A stretch of 64,000 nucleotides of DNA from Paraspadella gotoi. Lineage: Eukaryota; Animalia; Chaetognatha. The position numbers and the translations under genes are program-made. Below the pieces are notes generated by a model, which saw nothing but the letters and a program-made list of their open reading frames with translations, searched no databases and was not told where the DNA came from. Shown one piece after another: positions 26,270 through 40,099 of this stretch (its first letter is position 1; each line of letters starts with the position of its first letter). The stretch spans positions 27,432,221-27,496,220 of the forward strand of contig CM119266.1 of NCBI GenBank assembly GCA_051294375.1, given 5' to 3'.

Positions 26270-27101
26270 GTTAATACCCTACTTTGGTTATTGCCTCGGC
26301 GTCAAAAACAGAAGCTTGTTTTCTCAATGACGCGGAAAAAAAATGGAAAGCAGCTGTGAAAAGTTGACCTTCTCATTGGCCGACGTTGTCACGACCAATC
26401 ATCTGTTACGTGGTCGTCGTCGTTGTTGTTGTTATCATTGATGTTGTTTTTTCCTCGTTTTCTTCATCGTGGTTATCATCGCGCGTTTTTCGTTTGTCGT
26501 TGTCGTCGTCATCATCATCATCGTCTGTGTCGACGTCGTTAGAGTCATTATTGAGGTCGTCGTCGTCAGCATCGTCGCCGTCATTATCGTCGTCACCGTC
26601 GTCGTCGTTTCGTTTTTTGTTTTGTTAATGTGAGTGTTGTTTTGGCGCGACGGAGTCAGGGAGAGAGAAGACGAAAGTTATTCGAGAAACTGAGTTGGCG
26701 TCAGACGGAAGGAAAAAGAAATTCTTGAAGGTTTAAAGTTTCTTTTTTTTTAAATTCTGGTGTTCGGAGATGGATTAGTTGGGTGGGATGGGTTCACTTT
26801 GTTGCTTGGTTACTTTCTTTTTTATTTTAATTTTTTCTTTCATTCTTTCTTTCTTTTTTTCTTTATTTTTCCATATTTGCATATATATATCTTTTTGTTC
26901 TTTCTTTCTTTCATTCATTTTTTCTTTCTTTCTTTCTTTCTTTCTTTCTTTTTCTTTCTTTTTTCTTTCTCTTTCTATTCTTTCTTTTTTCCTCTCTCCC
27001 TCCGTTTCTATCTCTCTCTCTCTTTTTCTCTCTCTCCCTCTCTCTCTCTCTCTTTCCCTCTTTCTCCTATCCTCTTCTTCTCTTCTCTCTTTTCTCTCTC
27101 C

Positions 27102-27146
<45 letters not shown>

Positions 27147-27589
27147 GTTCCTCAGGCTAAATTCATCGATGGAATTCTGTAAATAGAATTCCTTTTGTTG
27201 TCCTTTCATCGTCTCTTGTTTCTCTTTCCCGGATCCATTTTTACGCCTGGCGACTTTGGTGGGAAAAAAGAGAAAAGAGAAGAGAGAATAAAAAGGAATA
27301 AAAGAAAAGAGAAAAAAGAAAAGATTAGGAAAGAAAAGGAGAGAAAAGGAGATTAAACAGGAGAAAAACGTGAAACGAGAAAAAAGGAAAAAGAAGAATA
27401 GAAAAGAAAAGCTAAGAGTTAATAAGAGAAAGAAAAGAAGAGAAGAGACAAGAAGTGAAAAGAATAACACAGAAGAAAAAAGAAGAGAGAGAAAAAAAGA
27501 AAAGAATAGCTAAGAGTTAATAAGAGAAAAGAAAAGAAGAGAAGAGACAAGAAGTGAAAAGAATAACAAAGAAGGAAAAATTTAATAAA

Positions 27590-27842
27590 AAACAAGAACG
27601 ATAATTCCAATGTGTTGCGCCGCAGTGACTTTATTTTAACGTGATATGACATAACATTATTCATTATTTTTAGGATTTCCTGAAGGCTGCGCTAGCAGTC
27701 TCTTAGATTTGAGTTTTTTTCTGTTTCAACAAATGAGCAACTAACTATAGGCTAATTACATGCATTTTTAACATAAGTGGGACAGACCGACAGACAGGCA
27801 TACCGACCGACCGATCGAAAAGTGAGTACTCGCGGCGCAAGT
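27590..27842 (-). mobile_element. HINE family 3 (sub-TIR TTGCGCCGC)
   Basis: AAACAAG end, TTGCGCCGC near 27615, a (GACA/GACC)n tract, then GCGGCGCAAGT followed by an A-run. Homologous to 55310-55445. Confidence 0.55.
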
Positions 27843-28065
27843 AAAAAAATCTAATCATATTTGCTGACTTTATTGCGTTAACAAAGAATGAGAATGAAGA
27901 TAGAATGAGAATAATGATAGAATGAGAATGATGATAGAATGAGAATGATGGTGATGAAAATGATATGAAGATTAGAATAAGAATGAGGAGAATCATTATG
28001 AAAATGAGTAAAAAAAAATCAACATTGCGTTAGCTTTGTAAGGCTCAGAGATTACGATATTGACC

Positions 28066-28117
<52 letters not shown>

Positions 28118-29103
28118 AAAAGAACGAATGCAACGGAGGGCCCAATGAAAAGAGCGGTCGAACCTGGCTCGCATCCCAATTGGCTCATAACACGATGGGT
28201 TTGGCAGAGAATCTCTTTTTTTTAATCTTTTTATTACGAAGAAGAAAAAGTATTAAAGACGAAGAAGCGATTTAAAAAAAAGTTAAAAAAATAGAAAGGA
28301 AAGAATTGAGGAAAGAAAGAAAATAGACGAGAAAACTGTGGAAGCCAAAAACACAGTTAAAAAAATATTAATAATTGGTCAATGACGATGAAAAGAAAAA
28401 AAAACAGAAGATTTTAGAAAAAAAAACTAGTAAAAAAAAGTAGAAGAAAAAATGAGTGAAAGAAGTGAAGCTTCTTCGAGGGTGAGTCATCACAGTGGCT
28501 TCGAAATTATCTATTTCGGGAACCGAGATTATGGAGCCAAACGTCTTTGATAAGCGGAGTCGTGGTATTCGTCCTTGGTAACTGTTCAACACGAGATCAT
28601 TTAAATTTTATAAAATATAAAATATAAATATAAAAGCCTTTAAAACTACTCAAAAATCAATTTCCCTAAACTGTCTCCCGTCTTCCCTCTTCTTCTCCAA
28701 AGCCAGCGGGACCAATTTTGGAATTGTCAAGCCGTAACGTCGGGAAATCCCCAATTCATTTTTACGACTAAGTCTTTCAACAATGGAAATCCTACATATT
28801 TTTTCCTCCCCTTTTAACTGTTTAACTTGCTGATGATTTTTGGTTAAAAATAACCGGGGGGGGGGAATATTGAGGGTTGGCAAAAAAACTGAAAGAACAA
28901 ATTTTTGAAAAGGGATGACTTTTTGCCGAAAGAAAAACGACGAAAGTGAAGAAAAACTAAAAGATTGACAGAAAAAATAAGACTTCGGCGCTGAATGAAA
29001 GTAGCAAAAGATCGGGATCGACGGAAACGACGACGATAATTTGAACGATGGCGGAAGCTAATGCGACAATCAGAGCGACAATTGAAGCAGCAAAAGAGAC
29101 GAG

Positions 29104-29255
29104 TTTTGTGCGTGTGTTTGAGTCCGCTGCTTCAGGAGCCGCAGCAAGGAGGCTTCTTTGTAAAAAAGTGCCCATTTTTCTTCTGGCACTTTTTTACAAA
29201 GAAGCCCCCTTGCTGCGGCTCCTGAAAGCAAGCGGACTCAAACACATGCACAAAA
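29104..29255. repeat. Near-perfect ~150-bp palindrome (MITE-like hairpin) inside a larger fold-back
   Basis: Arms of about 70 bp (ttttgtgcgtgtgtttgagtccgct...aaaaaagtgcc / ggcactttttt...agcggactcaaacacatgcacaaaa). Outer arms at about 29012-29058 and 29336-29385. Confidence 0.85.
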
Positions 29256-29456
29256 ATTGTATCTTTGCTTATGCTACTTTCCCATCGTTGTTTTATGCGT
29301 CACTCTCTTTGTCGTCGCTTTCACCGTCGCAACTGCTTCCTTCATCGTTCAAATTATCGTCGTCGTTTCTCATCGATTCCGATCCTGACCGAGGCCTAAT
29401 TCTTTCTCTCCCAGCATGCCAGAATTTTATTGTTGCAAATAGCATCAAGAAAAATG

Positions 29457-29572
29457 ACCCTATCCTTACCCTAATCCCAACCCTAATACATAGCCCTAAC
29501 CCTAATCCCTAACCCTAATCCAACCCCTAATATCCATCCTCTAAACTAACCTTATCCTAACCGAAACCCTAA
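29457..29572. repeat. Degenerate (CCCTAA)n-like tract
   Basis: ccctaatcccaaccctaat..ccctaaccctaatccctaaccctaa. Duplicated at about 30105-30230. Confidence 0.6.
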
Positions 29573-30513
29573 AAATTAATCCATTGTTCAAATTATCGTC
29601 GTCGTATTTGTCGATCCTGACTCTACGTCAAGTCCAGCCGAGAGAGCGAGAGAGATTCGCTGCTCCGTCTTACGGCAAGGGGGCATCAATGTTTGAAAAG
29701 GCCGAAAAATGAGCGAGAAAAAAAGGAGACGAGAAGAAAAATTACGTCAATCGAAAAGGGATAAAGAAATATAAATAAAAGAGAAAAAATGTTGAAAAAC
29801 GACTGCAATAAAAATACATGACAAGAAAAAAGAAAGAAAAGAAAGGAAGAAAAAAGAAAGAAAAAGAAAAAAGAAGAAAGAAAGAAANNNNNNNNNNNNN
29901 NNNNNNNNNNNNTTCCTTCATCGTTCAAATTATCGTCGTCGTTTCTATCGATCCCGATCCTGACCGAGGCCTAATTCTTTCTCTCGCNNNNNNNNNNCGT
30001 CGTTTCTATCGATTCCGATCCTGACCGAGGCCTAATTCTTTCTCTCCCAGCATGCCAGAATTTTTATATCCTAATTGTTGGCAAAAATAGCATCAAGAAA
30101 AATGACCTATCCTTAACCCTAATCCCGAATCCCTCAATACATAGCCCCTAACACCTAATCCCTAACCTAGATCCAACCCCCATAATATCACATCCTCTAA
30201 AACTAACCTTATCCCTAACCGAAACCCTAAAAAATTAATCCATTGTTCAAATTATCGTCGTCGTATTTGTCGATCCTGACTCTACGTCATCCAGCCAGAG
30301 AGAGCGAGAGAGATTCGCTGCTCCGTCTTACGGCAAGGGGGCATCAATGTTTGAAAAGGCCGAAAAATGAGCGAGAAAAAAAGGAGACGAGAGAAAAATT
30401 ACGTCAATCGAAAAAAGGGATAAAGAAATATAAAATAAAAGAGAAAAATGTTGAAAAACGACTGCAATAAAAAATACATGACAAGAAAAAAGAAAGAAAG
30501 AAAGGAAGAAAAA

Positions 30514-30544
<31 letters not shown>

Positions 30545-30545
<1 letters not shown>

Positions 30546-31182
30546 AACAAGTTTGAGCAAACAAAGTCGGATCTGCCCACGATCATTATCGGTAATTAAT
30601 TAATTAATAATTAATTAGATAATAATTATTACAAGTTAATTAATTATTAATTAATAATTAATTAATTAATTATTTAATTAATAATTAATACAACTTAATT
30701 AATTATGTTAATAGATTAGGCAAGTTGTAAAATTTAATTTCTATTCTGAGCATGAAAATTAGGGTCTTGTTTTGCAGAATCTATGGACTTACATCTGACT
30801 GATTAAGTTAATTATTGATTAATTCAATTGACTAATTGATTAATTAACTGATTACTATTTGATTAATTAAATACATCTGCATTTACACTTAAAAAAATAA
30901 AAATATATTTGTATTTTTTTCCATTTAAACTCTCTTCTACCGGCACGATTCCATCGAAACTTCATATCTCCAGCTCAATCACGAGATAATTGGTATTTTT
31001 TTCTCACGGTGGACGGACGGATGGACGGACGACACGGATGGACGGACATCGTTTTTTTTGCATAATTTTTCATAATTCGATGTTCTGACATGATATAGTA
31101 AATGCCCGACAAGATTAAGGGGCGGACCGACGGACCGACAAAGTGAATTATAGACTCGGATCTGCTGAAAGCAGATCCGACT
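30545..31182 (-). mobile_element. HINE family 1, apparently complete copy
   Basis: Sub-TIRs AGTCGGATCTGC (30565-30576) and GCAGATCCGACT (31171-31182), terminal hairpin TCGGATCTGC-TGAAA-GCAGATCCGA, (GGAC)n tract, AAACAAG end, A/T-run flanks and no TSD. This is DINE-1/Helentron architecture. Confidence 0.7.
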
Positions 31183-32499
31183 AAAAAGTAAATTAAGACA
31201 ACCCTTAAAAGATTTGCAAGATCGTCTCCTAATCAATTTTTAATTGTCTCTTGAACCACAGTTCGGCATCGTTGTTTATTTCGCTTCCCCCCCCCTCTCT
31301 CTCTCACCTCTTCCTTTTCCTACTCTCTCTCTTCTCACCTCTCTCTCTCACCTCTCTTTCTCTCTCTGTCTCTCTCCTCTCTCACCTCTCTCTCTCTCCT
31401 CTGACCTCTCTCTCTCTCTCTCTCACCTCTCTTTCCTCTCTCTCTCACTTCTCTCTCTCTCTCTCACCTCTCTTTCTTCTCTCCACTCTCTCTCTCTCTC
31501 TCTCACTTCTCTTCTCACCTCTCTTCTCTCTCTCTGTCTCTCTCTCACCTCTCTCTTTCTCTCACCTCTCTCTCTCACCTTCTCATCATCTCTTCTCTCA
31601 CCTCTCTCTCTCACCTCTCTTCTCTCTATCACTCTCTCTCTCACTTCTCCTCACCTTCTTTCTCTCTCTCTCACTTCTCTCTCTCTCACCTCTCTCTCTC
31701 ACTCTCTCTTTCTCTCTCTCACTCTCTCACCTCTCTTACTCTCTCTCTCTCACCTCTCTCTCTCTCTCTTTCTATTCCCTCCCCGACCCCCGCGAAAACA
31801 TAAATAAATAAAAGCGTGAAACGACGTAGTAAAGCGCTCGAGTTTCCGCGCCGAAGAAAGTACAAACTCAGCTGACGACCGATTTCATTTATGCAACGAC
31901 GAAGTCGTCATCATCGTCATCATCATCGTCATCATCATCGTCGGCGTCATCGTTGTCGAGACAGGAGCGAGCTCGTTTTCGACGTAAACACCAGCTGCCA
32001 CCCAGCAGCAGCGCTTCATTAGCCTTTTACGCAGCCGCCAGGCGTCGCCGCCGCGCGCCGCCGTCAGACCGCAACATCACCCGCGACTCTGCCCTTTCTA
32101 CTTGGATGTCGGATGTCTTGCAGTCTAACGGAAAACTTCCGTGGTTCTTTTTTGAGATCTTTTTCTGTTTGTTTCTTCGATTGATTTTTCGAGGCCTGTT
32201 TCAAAACTATTTTCTTTCTTTCTTTCTTTCTTTCTTTGCTTTCTTTCGTCCACTCTTAAAATTATGAAGACTCTTATACACATTTGAATTGAAATTTATT
32301 AACTTTTATCACTTCACCACGACGTGTACATGCAGAAAATTGAGGTTAATCATTTTTTAATTCTAAAATTTTTTAATAAATTTTTTTTACACATTTTACA
32401 CTTTAATGCACATTGCACAATGCACAATGAACAATGACGACGACGTACAAAACAAGGAGAATGAAGAAGATTCCTTGGGGGGTTTCTCAGTTTCAGGGT

Positions 32500-32776
32500 T
32501 AGCGAGGCTGTATGAAATTCCTTCTGCCGTTCCACCTTACTATGGCTTTCATGTGTAGTGGTTTACAGGTGCGCGTAGCGAGGCTGTATGAAATTTTCTG
32601 CTGTCCAACCTACTATGCTTCATAGTGTAGTGGTTACAAGCTGGGTAGCGAGGCTGTATGAAATTTTTCTGCCTGTCCACCTGTACTATGGCTTCATAGC
32701 TGTAGTTGGCTTACAGGTGGGTAGCGAGGCCTGTATGAAATTTTTCCTGCTGTCCACCTTACTATGGCTTCATAGT
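32500..32776. repeat. ~72-bp tandem repeat, about 4 noisy units
   Basis: agcgaggctgtatgaaatt...ccaccttactatggcttcatag recurs near 32500, 32577, 32648 and 32723. Confidence 0.8.
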
Positions 32777-32779
32777 GGC

Positions 32780-35700
32780 GGTGAGACAGGGGGGAGAAGG
32801 GGGAAGACAGGGGAGAGAAGGGGGGAGGGACAGGGGGAGAAGAGGGGAGAGAGGGGGGAAGACGGGGATAAGAAAGGGGAGACCGGGGGGAGAAGGGGGA
32901 GACAGGGAGAGAAGGGGGGAGACAGGGGAGGAGAAAAGGGGAGAAGCGAGGGGGGAAGACAGGGATAAGAAGGGGGGAGACAGGGCGGGGAGAAAAGGGG
33001 GAAGACAGGGCATAAGAAGGGGCGGAGACNNNNNNNNNNNNNNNNNNNNNNNNNATGAGAACATTGTTTGAGCAGTGCTTAATCTCGACTAATATTACTC
33101 AATCCAATATATCAAAAGATAAAAATAGAATAATAACTTTATTAAGTATTCAATATCCAATAATCATTGAAAAACATGCATCAGAATGACAGAGAGCCAA
33201 AATGCAGCAGCAGCAGTAGAGCCGATACGCAGCAACAGTAGCAGTAAACTGAGATGCAGCAACAGAACCGAGACGCAGCATCAGTAGCAGCAGAGGCCGA
33301 GACGCAGCAACAGCTCAAAGCTACATAAAAGCTTAAAATTAATTACCATATTCAAATAATTTCACAAATATCATTTAATACCTGATGGTCTCAGAGGATA
33401 CTCCCAAAAATTAAGAATTTACTCTCCTTTATATACAAGGACACAATTATTACAACCAATAGAGGAGAATTCACATTTTAAGAATAAGATCAAAACATTT
33501 ACAATTATTATTAACCAATGAGAGACCAGATATTCAAATTCAAGGTATAAAATTCAACCAATTAGAGACTTTAAACAGAACTATTGGAGTCATTCAATTA
33601 AACTTTAACTCAGATATTTGAACCATTAAAAAATAAAAGGTCAGGGCTCAATTCAGATAAAAATCTTTATAAACTTTAACAGAGAATAATAATAATAATA
33701 AATAATAAATAAATAATAATAATAATAATTAATAATAATAATAATAATAAATATATAATAAATCAAAGGAAATCGACAAAGTGGCGACAGCGACGACGAC
33801 GACGACGACGACAACGTCCCGACCAAAAGAAAGAAAACCGACAAAAACGACAACAACTACCAGGACAAGCGAGACGCGAAAAAGCGAAAAAATCGAGAAG
33901 AGTGAATCGGGCTCGATTACGGGTGTCGGGCGTTGCGATACTCGAGATAGAAAAACTCGGACCGACCGAGGCAGAAAACTGGCACCAGACACTCCGAAGT
34001 TAGGATGTATAAGAGGTGGTGAGTTACATGGGCGACGGAAGTCGGGTGGTTTGCGAACTGGCATTGAGATTCTGTGGGTGGAGATTAGCGCGGTGTAGAA
34101 GGGGGTTACGTATTGTGGATCAGTAGGGGGAGACTATGGGGTGTGCCGACGATCTAGAAACGCGGGGGGGCAGGAGAGGCGGGGGAGACCGACTGGCCCC
34201 GAGTTTCAAGGGGGAGAGGAAGATAGGAGAGGAAGAGAAAGCTGAGGGGAGACAGCGGGGAAGAAGGCGAGTAGAAAGAACTAGGGTAAGGGAAAGGAAG
34301 GAGTGAAATAGAGAATCAGGGCATTTGTAGAATAAGAGGAGGAGGACAGGAGGGGAAGAAGAGGGGAGAACAGGGGCATGAGAGAAAGGGGGAGGACAGG
34401 GTTAACGCCGAGGGAAGGGGGGAGAACAGGGGAGAGAAGGGGAGAGCCAGCCGGCTTGGGTAGTTCTAAGGGGGAGTATAGTGTGGGCGATCAGGTGTGT
34501 GTGTGATGAAGCGAGGGAGGACAAGGGAGTTTGGGACGACGCCCCAAGGAAAAGGCGGCCGAATGACACTCTCGGTATGTACACAGGGTCTGTTCTGCCA
34601 GTGAAGTGTGGGTTTTTGATGTATAGGTGGTGGCTTTTCAAGGAGAGGGAGAAAAAAAGGAAGAGAAAAGAGAGTGGTGGTGATGTCAAGCGGTGTGTTT
34701 GGGGAGAGGGCGCGACGAAGCCGGGAGAGCAGGAAGAAAGAGAAGGGGAGACAGGGGGAGGAGAAGAAGGCGGCGACAGGGTGGGGATGAAAGGGTGACG
34801 GAGAATAGGAGGAGGAAGAGGAGCGGAAAGCAAGAAAAAGAAGGGAGGAATGCAGACGAGGGGGAAGAACTCGATATGGAAAAGGAGGTGGGAGATCAGG
34901 GGCTTTTAGAGAAGGGAGGGAGACAGGGCGAATGGGTATATTTGTATCAGGGTGTTTAATGGAAGGGGCGGGGGGCACAGGGGGGCAGGAAGGGGGGGAG
35001 GACAGGGACACACGAAAAGGGGAGAAGAACATTTGGGCGTGAGACTAGGGAATGAGTATAAGGAGGGAGATCAGGGTTTGATGTTAAAGTGTGTGTGGGA
35101 GGAGCCAGAGCAGAAAGAGAAGGAGGGGAGAAGAAAAGGCAGGAGAAAAGACTGCGAGGGAGCGAGGAAGGGTTGAATGTACATTGGAAAATATTTCGGG
35201 AAAGAAGGTGGCGGAGACAGGGGGGAGAAGGGGGAGAACAGGGAGGAGAAGGGGAGGGATTGATTGGATCAGGGGCTTTGAGTGAGAGAGAGGGGAGTGA
35301 GTTAAAGGGCCGCGGAGACAGGGGTCCAGCACAGGGGATTAGTATCTGGGGATTGTATGAGAAGGGGGAAGAGAACTAGGCGCCCCAAAAACTTTTATTT
35401 TTTTCGTGGGGGAAGAGAAGGAGGAGACGACTGCGGGGCTAGGAAAGGGGGGACGGAACAAGCGGGGGCGAGAGAAGGGGGAGATAGGGGGGAGAAGCGG
35501 GCTGGAGAAGCGGAAAGGAGGGAAGAAAGAAGAGGAGGAGGGGCAAGAACAACGTGTGGGGTGAGAAGTGGGAAGAGGGCAGACGAGGGAGAGAAGCGGG
35601 AGGTACACAAGGGGGGACAGGGAGGAAAAAGAGACTTGAGGAGAATGACTGGGGGAGAAGGAAGGGGAGGGACAGGTGAGAAGAAGAGGACCGAGACGTG

Positions 35701-36610
35701 GGGGGAGCACACAGGGCGAAGACAGTGGGGAGACGGAGAACACCGAGGCGGAAAGAAGATTAGTGGGTTCCAGCCAAGCGGCGGGAAGAATAAAAAATAA
35801 ATGAAAAAAAAAGAGAAAAAGAAGAGAAGGCATGCAAGCGGGAGAGAGGGGGGACACTGGACGCGAGAGAGAAGAAAGGGGAGGAAAGACAAAGGGAGGG
35901 AGAAGCGGGAGAAGGGGAAGACAGGGGTGGAGAAGGGGGAAAGAAACGAGGAAAAGAAGTGAGAAGGGGGGGAGGACAAGGTGGGGAAGAGGAGAGACTG
36001 GGGGGAAAAGGGGGAGACAGGGGGGAGAAGGCGGGGAGATACGGGGGAGGAAAGCGGGAGAAGGGGGAGACAAGGGAGAAGGGAGACAGGAGACGGAGTA
36101 CTAGTGGTAGTAGACAGGGATCGATGAAGCTGGGAACGAGGCGGCGGAGAAAGGAGAGGAAGACAGGGAAGAGAAAGGCAAGAAGAACGCGATCTTATGG
36201 TTTTCGGCTCGCCAAGGAATGTGTGCGATCTGATGAATGGGATTGAAGATAGTGGCGGCCGGATTGACACAGGGAGTAGCGAGTAAGAAAGAGAGAAGAT
36301 GAGCAGGGACGGAGACTGACAAGGGTAGTGAAAGAGCGAAGAGAGAAGACCGTGAGAGAAGACGGGGATAAAGATAAGGTGGAGTCCTGGGGGAAGAGAA
36401 CGGGCGGCGGAAGTACAGAGACAGAGAATTGGGTGGAGACAGGTAGAGGAGAAAAGGAGAGAGAGGGGCGAAAGACAAGGGATAAGAAGGGGGACTGTGA
36501 ACAGCGGCCGAGGGTAAGGGTGGTAAGACAGGAGATAAGAAGGGGCGAGGACAGGGGGCGAGAAGGGGGAAGACACGTGAGAGAAGGGCGGGAAGACAAG
36601 GGGAGTCAAT
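32780..36610. repeat. G/A-rich minisatellite (gacagggggagaagggggga), discontinuous and very noisy after 34150
   Basis: Clean units at 32780-33029 and degraded units at 34150-36610. The stretch 33055-34150 between them is unrelated sequence. Confidence 0.7.
33056..33650. mobile_element. Probable LTR-like relic distantly related to the LTR at 55707-56233
   Basis: Collinear motifs: gagaaca..ttgagca, agctcaaa(a)gctaca, ggtc.cag.g, and repeated accaat(g)aga boxes. Confidence 0.35.
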
Positions 36611-37184
36611 GGTGGCAGAAGACTAGGGATGTAGTAAGGGGGTACCGACAGGTTGCGTCTGTCAGTAGGAAAGCCCCGTGTTTCCCATTGGTTGGCTAGG
36701 TGAGTGTGCCCAAATAAAGAAATGAAAAACGTGGATAATGTCTAGGCGTATGTTATTTTTATGGAAATAGATTTATCTAATAATGCACATAAGACTGCTC
36801 GTTGTCTCTTGCAATCTTGCTAAATCTAACCACATTACTCATCACTATAATAATCACACCACTATATAGAATGAAGCGAGGCGAAATTATAGGGCTTTAA
36901 GGGCATACCTCACTAAGAACAATAGTAGGAAGGCTAGCGAAGCCACAGGCAGACGATCAAGGCGAACGGAAGCGAGGTGGCAGGTGGCAGACGATGGCAT
37001 GGAATGAGGAGCGGAGATGTCAAAATCAAAAAGAGATAAGCAGTATTAGACCCAAAAATGTTATGAATAGGCAACAGCACGAGAACAGAGTAATTAACAA
37101 AAAAAATTGAAATAAGATAAAAAAAAAACAATTGCTCTCCGGTACTAAGATAGAAGAGCAAATGAAAGCAAAGGGTTGTTAGAA

Positions 37185-38362
37185 AGATTTAAACAAATTA
37201 TATTTAAAACTTGAAATGACAATGAGAACGGACACATGAATCGCAAAAAGTGTTTAAAGAAGTTTTAACAAATTATTGATCTTAGAGACTGAAGATTAAA
37301 ATGAAAAGTGGGACTCGAATCGAACACAAAATTGTCTCTTAAAAGATCTTTAAACAGAGTTATAGTTTAACAGAGAACTGAAAACTGAAATGAAAGGGGA
37401 CATGAGTATCGATCAATATGTCTAAACACGGGATTTAATACCAATTCATATCTAAAACCTGCAATCTAAATTGAACAGAAAAAGCGGACTTGAAATCGAC
37501 AAATGTTTAATAAGATTTTAAACAATTATATCTAAAACTGAAATTGAAAATGAAAGGGGACTGAATCGACAAATGTTAAAAAGATTTTTAAACAATTATA
37601 TACTAAAAATGAAATGAAAATGGAAAGGGAACTGAATCGACAAATGTGTAAAAGATTTTAAACAATTATATCTAATACAAACTGAAATGAAATGAAAGGG
37701 GACTGAATCGACAACTGTGTTAAAAGATTTTTAAACAATGATATCTAAAACTGAAATGAAAATGAAAAGGGACGTGAATCGAACAAATGCTTTTAAGAAG
37801 ATTTTAAACAATTATAATCTAAAACTGAAAGATGAAATGACAAAGGGGACTGAATCGACAAATGTTTAAAGATTTTATTAACAACAATATTATAAAACTG
37901 AGAAATGAAATGGAAAGGGGACTGAATCGACAAAAAATGTTTAAAAGATTTTAAAAAACAATTATATCTAAAACTGATAATAATAATGAAAAAGGACTGA
38001 ATCGACAAATGTTTTTTATAAAACGATTTTAAACATTATATCCTTAAAACTGAAATGAAATGAAAAGGGGACTGATATCGACAAATGCTTAAAAAGATTT
38101 TTTAAACAATTATATCTAAAATGAAATGAAATGAAAGGGGACTGCAATCAACAAAATGTGAAAAGATTTTTAAACAATTATATCTAAAACTGAAATGAAA
38201 TATGAAAGGGGACTGAATCGGACAAATGTTTAAAAGATTTTTTAAACAATTATATCTAAACTGAAATGAAATGAAAGGGGACTGAATCGACAAATGTTTA
38301 AAAGATTTTTTTAAACAATTATAATCTAAAACTGAAATGAAATGAAACGCGGGACTGAATCG
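37185..38362. repeat. 67-bp satellite array (noisy duplicate of 44652-45816)
   Basis: Same unit, with indels. Confidence 0.9.
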
Positions 38363-40099
38363 TGCGCTCTCCCTCGTAAATCGCTTAACCAACCTTTGCA
38401 AAATTATCATTCTCAAACTGAATCGGGAATTCCGGTCCAAATCGTTTGTTATTTGATTTTGTTATTGTTTTGTTGTTCTTGATTAGTCACTCGTCGGAAC
38501 GACCTTTCACTCGGGGCGAACAGTCGCAGGGGTACAACAAAGGAGTAAGAGAATACATTATTGATTGGCCTACGAAATGTGGAGGAGCCGAGAAGGGGTA
38601 GGAAGAGAAGAGAGAGTCACGGAAGAGAAGAAGCACGACGAGACGATCTGATTAAAAGGCATTAGAAAAAGTCTGTACCGTATGCGAAGTTAAATGTAGT
38701 GTTGTTATCTCGGACTACGGAAGAGCATTGAGCTCCTTGACCGCCGGACTCTTCTAACCTTCTTGGGATGGTAGTGGCCGCGCAAGATTGTGGGGCGCGC
38801 GAGTTGAAGTGGTGCCTATCAGTGCGACCAATACAATAAATCCAACTCAATAGAAGTCGTGGTGCTGCGACTAGCTGAATTGTTTAGTATCGCGCGATTA
38901 TGTTGATATTTGAAATGAAGCTTTTATCTTAAAAAGCGAATAAAAAAAGATATATGCCTATCAGAAATTTTTTGATTTCAATCGATTGAAAATACTGGAT
39001 GTGGGGTTAAAAAAAGGAATTATTTATATGAGATTTACTATTTAAATTTGTGAAGTTTTGAAATGTCTTACGAATTCTAAAGTATTATATTATACTGTTC
39101 TGTTGTTTCCTCTAACTTTCATCTCTCACTGAAAAATGAAAAAAGTGGAACAGACGAAGAGCGAGAGTAGGGATGTGGAGTAAGCAGCTTTGATACTGAA
39201 TGATTGCTCAAAGTGGTGCATAAATTGTCGCCTTCTTTTCTCTAACTACGTCGGGTGCGGGGAAGAAAAAAAGAAAGCAATATACACCCGAATGAAGAAG
39301 ATGTGCTTCAATATAGGGCGAAACAAGCTGTACGAAGGTGAGAGAATGTTCTTTCGAAAAGGCCAAAGGAAAGAGAGAAGAGAGAGCAAGAAGAGACGAA
39401 GAGAGAGAGAGAGAGAGAAGAGAAGCCGTAAGAGCAGGGCAATTGCGGCTCTCGGCACGGCGTATAACTCGACGGCGCGAAAAAGAGAACGGGTACACTA
39501 CTTTTTCCCTGTTATTGTGTTTGCAGACGTGTATTATATGATTACCTTGTCTCCTCGTCGGTTATCGTGTACTTTCGTTAAACATTCGTTTGTCTCGTCC
39601 TTCGGTCGTGATTGCGTGCTCCACTCTGGAAAGTGCGGGGGCGTCGCGCAGATATGGGCGACACGGTGCGGCCCAATGGGACCCTGTGGAAAGTAAATAG
39701 AACACCACGAATTTTAACTGTTGTCGATATTACTCTCATCGTGCTTGCGTTGATAATTGCGTTATTTCTTAGGATTACTGGTTAGGTGCGCACGATACAC
39801 GCGGTCAGCCATCTCTCTGTCCTTGTCGTTTTAGAGTTGCATTAATCATTAGCGATGCCGGTATCCAGTGGTTATCACACGCGCCGAGTTGTTCACAGCG
39901 GCGCGTTTTTGGCCCCGAAAATTTAAGTGCTCTCTTCGAATTGAGTGTCTTTCTTTTCGACCTGGCACTGGCGCGGACGGACCGCGCGCATTGCAAAGTT
40001 TAAATCTTCTCACTCCCAGTTCCCACTCTCACTCCATTTCTTAATATATCTCTTACTCTCATCCCACTTTAATTAGGCTCAACGCAAAGCTTATGAATA

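Noticed and set aside
29457-29572. True telomere or chromosome end
   Set aside because: Short, degenerate and internal.
31953-32267. GC-rich 104-aa ORF
   Set aside because: No recognisable domain or splice signals, and it starts and ends in low-complexity sequence.
34150-36620. Gly/Arg/Glu- or Pro/Ser-rich ORFs
   Set aside because: Noisy purine minisatellite.
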